NCBI RefSeq assembly: GCF_009914755.1
Contig: NC_060945.1
Origin: the human T2T-CHM13v2.0 reference genome, Homo sapiens
Reading direction: 5' to 3' (one strand)
DNA: 64,000 nucleotides
Shown: positions 40,001 through 55,000 of the stretch, piece by piece
Numbering within the stretch: position 1 is the stretch's first letter
Layout: each line of letters opens with the position of its first letter
The notes under the pieces: generated by a model
What the model saw: the letters and a program-made list of their open reading frames with translations, nothing else
Database searches by the model: none
Told to the model about the DNA's origin: nothing
Position numbers and translations under genes: made by a program

Positions 40001-43000
40001 AGAATAGTGTACTGGAGTGGAGTATTAATGGGGTTGAATCGAATGGAGAGAAGTGGAATGGAATGGAATGGAATGGAATGGAATGGAATGGAATGGAATG
40101 GAATGGAATGTACCGGAGTGGAAAGGAGTCAAGAGAAATAGATTGCAGAGGAAATGAGTGGAGGAGAGTGGAGAGGAATGGAGTGGAGTTGACAGGAAAG
40201 GAATGGAATGGAATTGAATGGAAAGGCATGGAATAGACAGGAAAGGAATGAAGTGGAATGGAGTGGAATGGAATGCACTGGAAAGGAATAAAATGGACTG
40301 GAGAGGAATGGAATGGAGTGGAATGGAATGGAGTGGACTGGAGAGGAGTAGAGAGGAGTGGAGTCGAATGGAGTGGACTGAAATGGAAGGGAGTGAAATT
40401 GATTGGATTGTAGTGGAGTGGAATGGAATAGAATGGAGTGGAGTGGAATGGAGTTGAATGGAATGGAATGGAGTGGAGTGGAATGGAATGGAGTGGAATG
40501 AAATGGTATGGAGTGGAGTACAATGGAATTGAGAGGAGTCAAATGGAGTGGAGTGGATTGGAATGAATTGGAGTGGAATAGATTGGAGTAGAGAGGAATG
40601 GAACTGAGTGATTTGGAATGGAATGGAGAGGAGTGGACTAGAGTGGAGTGGAGTGGAGTGGAATGTAGTGAAATGAAATGAATGGAGGGGAATGCAGTAG
40701 AATTGACTGGAGTGGTGTGGAATGGAATGGAGTAGGAGTGGAATGGAATGAAGTAGAGTGCGGTAGACTGGAGTGGAATGGAATGGAGTGGAGTGCAATG
40801 GAATGGAATGGAATGGAATGGAATGGAATTGAATGGATGGGAGTGAAGTGGAATGGGATTGAGTAGAGTGAATTTAATGGAGTACAATGGAATGGAAAGG
40901 AAAGGAATTGAATGGAGAGGATTGTAATGTAATGGAATGAAATGGAATGGAGTGGAGTGCAGTGGAGTGGAATGGAGTGGAGTGGAGTGGAATGGAATGG
41001 AATGGAAAGGAATGGAGTAGAATGGAGTGGACTGGAATGGAATGGAGTGGAGAGGTGGGGAGTGGAGTTTAATGGAGTGGAGTGTCATGGAGCGGAGTGG
41101 AAAGGAATGGAGTGGAGTGGAATGGAATGGAATGGAACGGAGTGAAATGGAATGGAGTGCAGTGGAATGGAATGAAGTCGAATGGAATGTAATGGAATGG
41201 ATTAGATAGGAATGGAATGGAGTGGAGTGGAATTGATTGCAGTTGAGTGGAGTGGAGTAGAACGGAATGGAGTCGATTTCAGTAGAGTAGAGTGGAGTGA
41301 ACTGTAGTGCAATGGAGTGGAGTGGCGTGGAGTGGAATGGAATGCAGTGGAGTCGAAAGTAGTGGAGTGGAATGGAATGGAATTGATTGGAGTGGAATGG
41401 AATGGATGGAATGGAGTGGAGTCGGATGGAATGGAGTGGAGTGGAATGGAATGGAGTGAAGTGGAATGGAATGGAGTTGAAAGGAATAGAATGGAGTGGA
41501 ATGCATTGGAGTGGAATGGAGTGAGGTGGAATGGAATGGAGTGGAATGAAATGCAAGGCAGTGGAATAGAGTGGAGTTGAATGGAGTGTGGGGGAATGAA
41601 ATGCAAGACAGTGGAATAGAGTGGAGTCGAATGGAGTGGGGTGGAAGGGAATGGAGTGGAGTGGAATTGAATGGAGTGGAATGGAATGGAATGGAATGAA
41701 GTGGAGCACAGTGGAAAGGAGTGCAATGGAGTGAAGTGGAGTGGAACAGAATGGAATGGAGTGGAAAGGAATGGAATGGAATGGATTGGAACGGAAAAGA
41801 GAGGAGTGGAATGGAATGGAGTGGTGTGGAATGGATAGCAATGGAATGGAATGGATTGGAAAGCAACGGAGTGTAGTGGTGTGGAGTGCAACGGAATGGA
41901 AAGGAGTGAAGTGGGGTGGAATGGAATGGAATGCAATGGAGTTGAATAGAATGGAATGGGATGGAGTGGAATGGAATGGAGGGGAGTGGAATGGAATGGA
42001 GTGGATTGGAATGGAGTGGATTTGAATGGAATGGAGTGGAGTGGAATGGAGTGGAGTGGATTGGTGTGGAATGGAATGGAATGGAGTGGAATTGAATGGA
42101 ATGGAATAAAGTGGAGTGGAATGGCAAGAAACGGAGTAGAGTGGAATGGAAAGGAATGGAGTGGAATTGAATGTAATGCAATAAAGTGGAGTGTAATGGA
42201 AAGAAATGGAGTGGAGTGTAATGGAATAGACAGGAAAAGGGTGTTGTGGAGTGAAGAGGAGTGAAGTTGCGTGGAATAGAATGCAGTGGAATTGAGTGGA
42301 AGGGAATGTACTTGAGTGGAGTGGAGTGGTGTGGAGTGGAATGGAATGGAATGGAATGGTGTGGAGTAGAATGGATTTTAGTGGAATAGAGTGTAATGGA
42401 ATGGAGTGGAATGGGTTGGAACAGAATGGAGTGGAGTGGAGTAGAGTGGATAGGAATGGAGTGGAGTGGAATGGATTGAAGTGGAGTGGAATGGATTGAA
42501 TGAAATGGAGTGGAACGGAATGGAATGGAGTGGATTGGAATGGAGTGGAAGGGAATGGAGTGGAGTGGAAAAGATTGGAGTTGAGTGGAATGTAGAGGAG
42601 TGGAAAGGATTGGAGTGGAGTGGACTGGAATGTAGTGCAGTGGAGTGCAGAGGAGTGGAGTAGAGTGGAATTGATTGGAGTGGAGTGGACTGAAATGGAA
42701 TGGAATGGGATAGAGTGGAGTGGAGTTGAGTGGAATGGAATGGGATGGAATGGATTGGAGTGGAGCGGAATGGAATGGAGTGGAATGGATTGGATTGGAA
42801 TGGAAAGGAGTGGAGTGGAGTGGAATGGAGTGAAAAGGAATGGATTGGAATTGAGTGGAGTTCCATGGAGTGGAGTGGAATGGATTGGAGTGGAATGGAG
42901 TGGAGTGGAATGGAATGGAGTGGAGTGGAATGGAATGGAGTGGAGTGGAACGGAGTGGAGACGAGTGGATTCGTTTGGAATGGAATGGAATGGAGTGTAG

Positions 43001-46000
43001 TGGAATGGAGTGGAATGGAATGGAATAGAATGGATTGGAACGGAAAGGAGTGGAGTGGAATGGGATGGAGTGGAGTGGAATGGAATGGAATGGAGTGGAA
43101 TGGATTGGAAAGGAATGGATAGTAGTGGACTGGAGTGTAACGGAATTAAATGGAGTAGCGTGAAGTTGAAAAAAATGGAATGGAATGGAGTTGAATGCAA
43201 TGGAATGCAATGGAGTGCAATGGAAAGGAGTGGAGTGGAATGGAATGGAGTGGAGTGGAATGGATTGGATTTGAGTGGAATGGAATCGAATGTAATGGAG
43301 TTGAATGAAACGGAATGGAATGGAGATGTATGGAGTGGAGTGGAATGGAATGGAATGCAACGGAGTGGAATGGAATGGAATGGAACTAAGTGAAATGGAA
43401 TGGAGTGCAGTGGAATGGAATGAAGTCGAATGGCATGTAATGAAATAGATTTGGAATGGTATGGATTAGATTGGAATGGAATGGAGAGGAGTGGAATTGC
43501 TTGCAGTGGAGTGGAGTGGAGTGGAACGGAATGGAGTCGATTTCAGTAGAGTGGAGTGGAGTGGACTGTAGTGCAATGGAGTGGAGTGGCGTGGAGTGGA
43601 ATGGAATGCAGTGGAGACAGATGGAGTGGAGTGGAATGGAATGGAATTGATTGGAGTGGAATGGAATGGATGGAATGGAGTGGAGTGGAATGGAATGGGG
43701 TGGTATGGAATGGAATGGAATGGAATGGAATGGAATGGATTGGAGTGGAATGGAATGGAATGGAGTGGAATCAAATGGAGTTGAAAGTAATAGAATGGAG
43801 TGGAATGCATTGGAGTGGAATGGAGTGAAGTGGAATGGAATGGAGTGGAATGAAATGCAAGGCAGTGTAATAGAGTGGAGTGGAATGTAGTGGGGTGTAA
43901 TGGAATGGAGTGGAGTGGAATTAAATGGAGTGGAATGGAATGGAATGGAATGAAGTGGAGCACAGTGGAGCAGAGTGGAACGGGGTGCAGTGGAATGGAA
44001 CGAAATGGAATGGAGTGGAATGGAAAGGAATGGAATGCAGTGGAACGGAAAGGAGTGGAGTGGAATGGAATGGAGTGGTGTGGAATGGATAGCAATGGAT
44101 TGGAATGGATTGGAAAGCAATGGAGTGTAGAGGTGTGGAGTGGAATGGAATGGAAAGGAGTGAAGTGGAGTAGAACGGAATGGAATACAATGGAGTTGAA
44201 TAGAATGGAAAGGAAAGTAGTGGAATGGAACGGAGGGGAGTGGAATGGAATGGAGTGGAGTGGAATGGAGTGGAGTGCATTGTAGTGGAATGGAATGGAA
44301 CGGAGTGGAATGGAATGGAATGGAATAAAGTGGAGTGGAATGGAAAGAAACGGAGTGTAGTGGAATGGAATGCAATGGAGTGGAATTGAATGGAATGCAA
44401 TAAAGTGGAGTGGAATGGAAAGAAATGGAGTGGAGTGGAATGGAATAGACAGGAACAGGGTGTTATGGAGTGAAGAGAAGTGTAGTTGAGGGGAATGGAA
44501 TGGAGTGGAATTGACTGGAAGGGAATGTAGTGGAGTGGAGTGGAGTGCTGTGGAGTGGAATGGAATGCAGTGGAGTAGAATGGATTTTAGTGGAATAGAG
44601 TGTAGTGGAATAGAATGCAATGGGTTGGAATAGAATGTAGTGGAGTGGAATGGAGTGGATAGGAATGGAGTGGAGTGGAATGGATTGAAGTAGAATGGAA
44701 TGGATTGAATGTAACGGATTGGAATGGAATGGAATGGAATGGAGTGGAGTAGAATGGATTTTAGTGGAATAGAGTGTAGTGGAATAGAATGCAATGGGTT
44801 GGAATAGAATGTAGTGGAGTGGAGTGGAGTGGATAGGAATGGAGTGGAGTGGAATGGATTGAAGTGGAATGGAATCGATTGAATGTAACGGAGTGGAATG
44901 GAATGGAATGGAGAGGAGTAGAATGGAATGGATTAGAATGGTGTGGAAAGGAACGGAGTGGAGTGGAAAAGAGTGGAGTGGAGTGGAATGGAGAGGAGTG
45001 GAACGGATTGGAGTGGAGTGGACACGAATGGAGTGGAGTGGAGAGCAGTGAAGTAGAGTGGAATGGAATGGAGTGGAGCGGACTGGAATGGAATGGAATG
45101 GGATGGAGTGGAGTGGAATGGTATGGGATGGAATTGATTGGAAAGGAGTGGTGTAGAATGGAATGGGATAGAATGGATTGCAGTGGAGTGGAGTGGAGTG
45201 GAACGCAATGGAGTGAAATGGATTGGAATGGAATGGAGTGGAGTGGAGTGGAAAGGAATGGATTGGAATTGAGTGGAGTGCAATGGAGTGGAGTGGAATG
45301 GATTGGAGTGGAATGGAGTTGTGTGGATTGGAATGGAGTGGAATGGAATGGAGTGGAGTCGAGTGGATTGGTTTGGAATGGAATGGAATGGAATGGAATG
45401 GAATGGAGTGGAGTGGAGTAGAGCAGAAGGGAATGAAATTGAATGGATTTAACGGAAAGGAGTGGAATGGAATGGGATAGAGTGCAGTCGTATGGAATGG
45501 AATGGAGGGGAACGGATTGGAAAGGAATGGATTGTAGTGGAGTGGAGTGTAACGGAATTAAATGGAGTGCAGTTAAGTTGAAAAAAATGGAATGGAATGG
45601 AGTTTAATGTAATGGAATGATATGGAGTGGAATGGAAAGGAATGGAGTGGAATGGAATGGAGTGGAGTGGAAAGGAAAGCAGTGGAGTGGAATGGATTGG
45701 AGTGGAGTGGAATGGAATCTAATGGAATGGAGTTGAATGAAACGGAGTGGAATGGATTTGTATGGAGTGGAGTGGAAGTGAATGGAATGCAACGGGGTGG
45801 AATGGATTGGAATTGAACGGAGTGAAATGGAATGGAGTGCAGTGGAATGGAATGAAGTCGAATGGAATGTAATGGAATGGATTAGGAATGGAATGGATTA
45901 GATTGGAATGGAATGGAGTTGAGTGGAATTGATTGCAGTGGAATGGAGTGGAGTGGAATGGAATGTGGTCGATTTCAGTAGAGTGGAGTGGAGTGGACTG

Positions 46001-49000
46001 GAGTTCAATGAAGTCGAGTGGCGTGGAGTGGAATGGAATGGAGTGTGGTGGAATGGAATGGAGTGGAGTGGAAGTGAAGGGAGTGGAATGGAATGGAATG
46101 GAATAAAGTGGAGTACAGTGGATTGGAGTGGAATGGAGTGGAGTGGAGTGGAATGGAATGAAATGGAGTGGAATGGAATGGAATTGAATGGAGTGGAACG
46201 GAAAGGAATGGAGTGGAATGGAATGGAGTGGTGTCGAATGGAAAACAATGGAGTGGAATGCATTGGAAAGCAATGGAGTGTAGTGGTGTAGAGTGGAACC
46301 GAATGGAAAGGAGTGATGTCGAGTGGAATGGAAGGGAACGAAATGGAGTTGAATGGAATGGAATGGAGTGGAGTGGAATGGAATGGAATGGAGTGCAATG
46401 CAATGTACTGGACTGGAATCAAGTGGAATGAAGTGGAATTGTGTAGAGAGAAGTTGAATCTAGTGGAGAGGAGTGGAATGGAATGAAGTGGAGTGGGGTG
46501 GAATGGAATGGAGATGAGTCGAATGGTTTTGAGTGGAATGTAGTGTAGTGGTGTGGAGTGGAAGGGAATGTACTGTAGTGGAGTACAGTAGAGTGAAGTG
46601 GAATGGAATGGAGTGGATTTTAGCAGAGTGGAGTCATGTGGAGCGGAGTGTAATGGAGTGGAGTGGCGTGCAGAGGAGAGGAGCGTAACGGAATGGAGTG
46701 GAATGGGGTGGAAATTAGTGGAGTGGAATACAATGGAGTGGAACTGAATGGAATGGAATCGAGTGTAGTGCAATGGAGACGAGTGGAAGGAAGTGGAGTG
46801 GAGTGGAATGGAATGAAATGGAATGGAAAGGAATGGAATGGAATGGAGTGGAATGGAGTCTAATTGAGTGGAATGGAATGGAATGGATTGGAATGGATTG
46901 GAGTGGAGTGTACTGGAGTAGAGTGGAGTGGAATGGAGTGGAATAGAACGGAATGGAGTGGAGTAGAGAAGAGTGTACTGGAGTGGATTGGAATGGGGTG
47001 GAATGGAATGGAGTGAAGTGGAATGGAATGGAATGGACTGCATTGGAACGAAGTGGAATGGATTCGAATGGAGTAGAGTGGAATGGAGTCGAGTGGAATG
47101 GAGTGGAATGGAATGGAGTGTATTGGAGAGGAATAGATTTTAGTGGAATGGAATGGAATGGAATGGAATGGAATGGACTGAAGGGGAATGGAGTGGATTG
47201 TAGTGGAATGTAGTGGTGTGGAATGGAGTGGAGTGGAGAGGAATGGAATGGAATTGAGTGTAGTGGAATGGAGTGGAGAGGAGTGGAATAGAGTGTGGTG
47301 GAATGGCGTGGAGTGGAATGGAATAAAGAGGAGTTGAGTGAAATGGAGTGGATTGTGTTGGAATGGAGTGGAAAGAAATGGAGTAGAGTGGAATGGAATG
47401 GAATGCAGTCGAGTGGAATAGAATGGAATGAAGTGGAATGCACTGGAGTGGAGTGGTGTGGAATGGAACGGAGTGGAGTGGTGTGGAGTGTAGTGGAGAG
47501 GAAGGGAATGGATTGGAGTAGAGTGGAATGAAATGAAATAGAATGGAGTGGAATGGAATGGAATGGAAAAGAATACAATGGAATGGAGTGGAGTGTAGTT
47601 GAGTAGAGTGGAGTGGACAGAAATGGAATGGAGTGGAATGGAGAGCAGTGTAATTGAATGGAGAGGAGTGGAATGGAATTGAGTGGAATTGTACGGAATT
47701 CACTGAAGTGGAGTGGCATTGGGTGGAGTGGAATGGAGTGGAGTGGAGTGGAATGGGGTGGAATGGAATGCAGTGGAGTGCAATGGAATTGAAAGGAATG
47801 GAATGCAATGGAATGGATTGGTGTGAAATGGAATGAAGTGGAGTAAAACGGAGTGGACTGGAGTGGAGTGGAGTATAACAGAAAGGACTGGAGTGGAGTG
47901 GACTGAAGTAGAGTGGAGCAGAGTGGAATGGAATGGGGTAGAATGGAGTGGAATGGAATGGAATGGAGTGAAATGAAATGGGATGGAGTGGAATGGAATG
48001 GAATGGAGTGAAATGTAATGGGATGGAGTGGAATGGAATGGAGTTGAGAGGAATGGATTGGAGCGGCGTGTAATAGTGTGGAAAGGAGTGGAACGGAATG
48101 CAGTAGAGTAGAATGGATTTGACTGGAGTGGAGTGGAATGGATTTGATTGGACTGGATTGGATACGACTGGAGTGGAATGGAGTCGAGTGGAGTAGAGTG
48201 GAGTGGAGTGGAATGGAGTGTACTGGAAAGGAGAGTAGTGGAATGGAATGGGGTGGAATGGAATGCAGTGGAATGGAGTGGAATGGAGTGGAGTGGAGAG
48301 GAATGGAGAGTTGTGTAATGGATTGGAGTGTAATGGAATAGAATGGAGTGGAATGGAATGGAGGGGAAAGGAATGGAATGCAGTGGAGTGGAATGGAATG
48401 TAGTGGAATGGAGTGGAGTGGAGAGGAATGGAGTGGCGTGGAGTGAAATGGAGGGGAGTGGAGTGGAGTGGATTGGAATAGAGAAGAGCGGAATGGAATG
48501 GAGTGTAAGGGAATGCACTGCAAAGGACTGGACTGGAAAGGAATTAAATGAATTTTAAAGGAATGCAACGGAATAGAATGGAGTGGAGAGGAATGGAATG
48601 GAGCAGAATGGAGTGGAGTCTAATGGAATGGAATGGAGTGGAGGGGAAAATATAGAATGGAAAGTTGTGGAGTGGAATGGAATGGAGTGGAGTGGAACGG
48701 AGTGGAGTGGAGTGGAGGAGAACTGAATTGAGTGGAGTGAAATAGAATGAAATGGAATGGAGTGGAATGGAATGGAATACAATGGAATGGAGTGGAGTGG
48801 AGTGGAGTGGAGAGGAATGGAATGGAGTAGAATGGAGAGCCATGGAATGGAATGCAGTGGAGTGGAATGGAATGGAATGGAATGGAGTGGAATGGATTGG
48901 AGTGTATTAGAGTGGAATAGAGTGGAGTGGAAAGGAGTGGAGTGAAATGGAGTGGAGCAGAATTGAATGGAGTGTAATGGAATGACATGGAATGGAATGG

Positions 49001-52000
49001 AATGGAATGGAGTTGAGTAGAATGGAATAGACTGGAATGAAATGGAGAGGATTGGGGTTGAGTAGAGTGGAATGAAATGTAGTGTACAGGAGTGGAATGG
49101 AGTTGAGTGGAGTGGAATAGAGTGGAATGGAATGGAGTGGAGTGGAATGGAGTGCAATGGAATGGAATGGAATAGACTGGAATGGAAAGGAATGGAATGG
49201 AGTGGAATGGAATGGAGTGGTGTGGAATGGAATAGAGAGGAATGGAATGATGTGGAATGGATTAGAGTGGAGTGGATTGGAGTTGAATGGAGTTGAGTGA
49301 ATTTGGGTGGAGTGGAGAGAAATCGAAAGTAGTGGAGTGGAATGTAATGGATTAGAGTTGAGTGGAGTGGAATGGAATGGAGTGGAGTGAGATAGAGAGG
49401 AGTGGAGTGGAACGGAATGGAGTGGAATGGAATGGAATAGAATAGAGTGGACTGGAATGGAATGGAGTCGAGTGGAGTGGAATGGAATGGAATTGAATGG
49501 AGTGGAACGGAATGGAGTGAATTGGAATGGAGCAGAGTGAAGTGGAACAGAGTGTAGTGGAGTGTAATGAAGTGGAATGGAATAGAGGGGAGTGGAATGG
49601 AATGGAATGCAAGGGAAGGGAATGGAAGGGAGTGGAATGGAGAGGAATGGATTGGAATAGAGTGGACAGGAATGGAATGGAGTGAAAAGGAATGGAATGT
49701 AATGGAGCGGAGTGGAATAGAGTGGAGAGGAATTGAGTGGAGAACAGTGGTGCACAGAAGGTTGGAGTGGAATGGAGAGAATTGAATGGAATGGAATGGA
49801 ATGGAATACAATGGCAAAGAATGGAATGGAATCGAGTGTAGTGCAGTGGAGTAGAGTGGACTGGAATGGAATGGAGTGGAATGGAGTGGTAAGTAGTGGA
49901 ATTGAATGGAATGGATTGGAGTGGAATGGAAGGGAGTGGAGAGGAGTGCAATTGAGTGGAGTGGAGTGTAGTGGTGTTTAATGGAATAGAAAGGAATGTA
50001 CTGGAATGGAAGAAAGTGGAATGGAGTGGAGTGGAGTTGAAAGGACTGGACTAGAGAGTAATGGAATGGATAGGAATGGAAAGGAATGAAATGCAGAATA
50101 GTGTAATGGAATGGAAAGAAATGGAATGGAACGGAATGGTGTGGAGTGCAGTAGAATAGAATGATATGCAGTGGAGTGGATTGGAAAGGAGTGGAGTAGA
50201 AAGGAATGGAGGGGAACAGAAAGCAGTGGAGTGGAATGGTGTGGAATGGAATGGAGTGGAATCGAGTCGAGTGGTTTGGAATCATTTGGAATGGAACGGA
50301 AAGTAGTGGAGTAGAATGGGGGGGAATGGAATCGAACAGAGTGCCGCGCAATGGAATGGAATGGAATGGAGGGGAGTAGAATGGAATGGAATAGAATGGA
50401 ATGGATTGGAATAGAGTGGAAAGGAATGGAATGGAATGGAGTGGAGTTGAGTGGAATGCAATGGAGTGGAGTGGAGTGGAGTAAAGTGGATTGGAGTAGA
50501 ATGTAATGGTGTGGAATGCAGTGGAATGGAGAGGAGTGGAACGGAATGGAGTGGAGTGGAATAAAATGGAGTCGAATGGAATAGAATGGAATGGTTTGGA
50601 GTGGAATGGAATGGAGTGGAGGGGAATTGAATGGAGTGGAGTGGAATGGAGTGGAATGGAATGGAGTGGCATGGAATGGATTGGAATGGAGTGGAATGTA
50701 ATGGAGTGGAATGGAATGGAGTGGAGTGGAATGTAATGGAGAAGAATGAAATGGAATGGAACAGAGTGGAATGGAATGGAGTGTAGTGGAGTGGAGTGGA
50801 GTGGAATGGAATGGAATGAAATGGAGCGCAGTGGTCTGAAATTTAGTGGTGTGGAGTGGAGTGGAGTGGAATGGAATGGAGTGGAATGGAGTGAAAAGAA
50901 TGGAGTGGAATGGAATGGAGTGGAGTGCAATGGAACTGAGTGAAATGAAATGGAAAGGAATGGAGTGGAGTTGAATGGAGTGGAGTGTAATGGAGTGGAG
51001 TGTAGTGGAATGGAATGGTATAGAGTGAACTGAAATGGAGTGTAGTGGAATGGAATGGAGTGGAATGGAATGGAACGGAGTGGAGTGGAGGGGAAATGAG
51101 TGGAGTTCAGTGGAATGAAGTGGAGTTCAGTGGAATGAAGTGGAGTTCAGTGGAATGGAATGGAATAGAATGGACTGGAGTGGAGTGGAAAGGAATGGAA
51201 CGGAATGAAATTGAATGGAGTGTAGTGGAGTGAGGTCGATTGGAGTGGAACGGAGTGGAGTGGAGTGGAATGTATTGGAGTGGAATAGAATGGTGTGGAA
51301 TTGATTGGAATGGAATAGAATTGAATGCAATGGAGTGGAAAGCTATGTAATGAAATGGAGTTGAATGGAATGGAGTGTAGTGGAATGGAGTGGAGTGGAG
51401 TGGAATGGATTGGAGAGAAGTGTAATGGTGTGGAATGGAAGGGAACACAGTGGATTGTAGTGGAGTGCATTGGAGTGGAGGGGTGTGGAAACGAATGGGA
51501 TGGTATGGAATGGAGTGGAGTGGAGTGAAATGGAAAGTAATGGAAAAGAATGGAATGGAATGGAGTGGACTGGTGTGCAGTGGATTGGTGCGGAGTGTAG
51601 TGGAGTGGGGAGCAATGGACTGAAGAGTAATAGAATGGAATTGAGTGGAATGGAATTCAAAGGAATTGAATGGAATGGAGAGTAGTCCAATGGAGTGGAT
51701 TGGAATTTAGAGGAGTAGAATGAAGAGGAGTGGAATGGAGTGGAGTGGAATGCAGTGGACTGGAGGGTAATGGGGTGGAGTGGAATGGAATGGCATGCAA
51801 TGGGGTTTAATGGAATGGAATGGGATGTGTTGGAGTGGAATCGAGAGGAATGGAGTGGATTGGAATGGAGTGGAATGGAGTTTAGTGGAGTGGAGTCAAA
51901 CGGAGTCTAGTGGAGTGGATGGCTGGGGAGTGTAGTGGAATTAAATGGTGTGGAGTGGAATGGAATAGAATGGAATGGGATGGAATGGAGGGCAGTGGAG

Positions 52001-55000
52001 TGGTGTCAAATGGAACGGAATTTAATGGAATGGAACGGAGACGATTGGAGTGGAGAAGAGTGGAATGGATTGGAATGGAGTGGAGTAGATTGATCTGGAA
52101 TGGCGTGCAATGGAATGGAGTGGAATGTCATGAAATGGAGTGGAGTGGAATGGAGTGGAGTGGATAGGAGTGGAATGGAATGGAGTGGAAATGATTGGAG
52201 AGGATTGGTATGTAGTGGAGTAGAATGAAATGGAATTGAATGGAATAGAGTGGAACAGACCAGAATGGAATGAAGTGGAATGGAAGGCAGTGGAGTGGAA
52301 TGGAATGGAATAGAATGGAAAGGAATGGAGTGGAGTTGAATGGAATGGAATGGAGTGGAGTGGAGTGGAATGAAATGGATTGGAATGGAGTCAAATGGAG
52401 TGGAGAGAAATGGAATGTTGCGGAGTGGAAAGGAATGGAGTAAAGATGAATGGAATCCAGGAGAGTGGAAAGGAATGGAGTTTCATGGAATGGATTGGAA
52501 TGGAGCGGAAAGGAATGGAGTAGTGTGAAATGGAATGGAATAGAATGGAATGGAATGGAATGGAATGGAATGGAATAGCATGGAATGGAATGGAATGGAA
52601 TTGAGTGGAGTGGAAGGGAATGGAATGGAATGCAATGGAATGGAATGGAATGGAATGGATGGAGTGGAACTGAATGGAGAGGAGAAGAATGGAATGGAAT
52701 GCAATTGAGTGAAATAGAGTGGAATGGATTGGAAAGGATTGGAATGGAGTGGAGTTGAATGGCATGGATTGGAATGTAATGGAATGGACTGGATTGGAAT
52801 GGAGAGAAGTGGAATGGAGGGGACTGGATTAGAATGGAATAGAGTGGAATGGAATGGAATGGAAAGGAGAGGAGTGGAATGGAGTAGAGTAGAGTGGAAT
52901 GGAGTGGAGTGGAATTTAATGGAGTGGAGTGGAATTTAATGGAGTGGACTGGAGTGGAGTGGAGTGGAATATAATGGAACGGAGTGGAGTGGAGTGCAGT
53001 ATGGTGCAGTTGAGTGGAATGGAGAGGAGTGGAATGGAATGGAATGGAGTGGAATGGAGTGGAATAGAGTGGAATCGAGTGGAATGAAATGGAGACGATT
53101 GGAGTGGATTGGATTGGAGTGGATTAGAATAGAATGGAATGGAGTGTAATGGAATGGAATGGAATGGAACGGAATAGAATGGAATGGAATGGAATAGAAG
53201 GGAATGGAAGTTGAGTGGAGTGGTGTGGGGTGGAGGCAATTGGACTGGGGTGGAATGGAATGGAATGAAATGGACTGGAATTGAATGTAGAGGAGTGGAA
53301 TGTAAAGGAGTGGAGTGGAATAGAATGGATTGAAGTGCAATAAAACGGAATGGAGTGGAATGGAGTGGAATGGAGTGGATTGTAGTGGAATGGAGTGGAG
53401 TGGAGTGGAGTGGAAAGGAATAGACAGGAGTTGAATGGAATGGAGAGGAATGGAGGGGAATGAAATGGAGAGGAGTGGAATGCAATGGAATGGAGTGAAA
53501 TGGAATGAAATGGAATGGAGTGGAATGGAATGGACTGGAGTGGAATGGAATCTGGTGGAGAGGAAAGGAATGGCGTAGACTGCAATACAATGGAATGGAG
53601 TGGAATGGAGTGGACTTTAGTAGAATGGAGGGGAGTTGAATGGAATGGAGTGGAGTGTAATGGAGTAGAAAGGAAAGGACGGTTGGGGAATGGTATGGAG
53701 TGGAATGGAATGGAATGAAATGGAGAGTAGTGGAATGGAAAGGAATGAAATGAAATGGAATGGAATAGAATGGAATGGAATGGAATGGAATGGAATGGAA
53801 TGGAATGGAATGGAATGGAATGGAGTGGAGTGGAGTGGATTTGAATGTAATGGCGTGGAGTGGTTAGGAATGGAGTGGTGTAGAGTAGAATGGAGTGGAA
53901 TAGAATGGAGTGGAAAGGAATGGAGAGGAAGAGAATGGAGTGAAATGGAGGGGAGGGGTTTGGAATCGATTGGAATGGAATGTAACATAGTTGAGAAGAA
54001 TTGAAGGGAAAGGAATGGAACGTAATTGAGTATAATTGACGGGAATGGAATGGCAAAAGTGGAGTGCAAGGGAGTGGAAAGGAATGAAGTGGAGTGGAAT
54101 GGAATAGAATGGAGTTGAATGGAATGGAATGGAATACAATGGAATACAATGGAGTGGAGTGGAGTGGAATTGAATGGAGTGGAGTGGATTAGAGTGGATT
54201 GGAGTGGAGTGGAGTGTAGTGGAATGGATTGGAATGGAGTGGAATGGAGTGGAGTGGAAAGGAATGGAGTGGAGTGGAATGGAATGGAGTCGTATGGAAT
54301 GGAATGGATTGTAGTGAAGTGGAATGAAATGGAGTGGAGTGGAATGGAAGGGAATAGCGTGGAATGGAATGGAATTGCATGGAATGGAATGGATTGGATT
54401 AGAAAGGGATGGCGTGGAGTAGAATGCAATGGAATAGAGAGAAATGTATTGGAATGGAGTGGAATGGAATGGAGTGGAGTGGAGTGCAATGGAATGGAAA
54501 GGAATGGAATGGAGTGGAGTGGAATGGAGTCAGTTGGAAAGGAGTGGAGTGGAATGGAATGGAATGGAGAGTAATGGAGTGGAGCGCAATGGAGTAGAGT
54601 GGAGTGGAATGGAATGGATTGGAGGGAAATGGAGTGGGATGGAATGGAGTGTACTGGAATGGAGTGAAGTGGAATGGAATGGAGTGGAGTGGAGTGGAAA
54701 TGAATGGAGTGGAGTGGAATGGAGTGGAGTTGAGTGGAATGGAATGGAATGGAGTGGAGAGGAGTGGAATGGAATAGAATGGAATGGAATGGAGTGGACG
54801 GGAGTGGTGTCGATTGGGTTGGAACGGAGTGGAGTGGAGTTGTATTTAGTGAAGTGGAGTCTAATGGAGTGCAGTTGAGTGGAATGGAATGGAATGGAAT
54901 GGAATAGAAATGAATGTACTGGAGTGGAAAGTTATGGAATGGAAAGGAGATGAATGGAACGGAGTGCAGTGGAATAGAGTGGAGTGGAGAGGAAAGGAAT

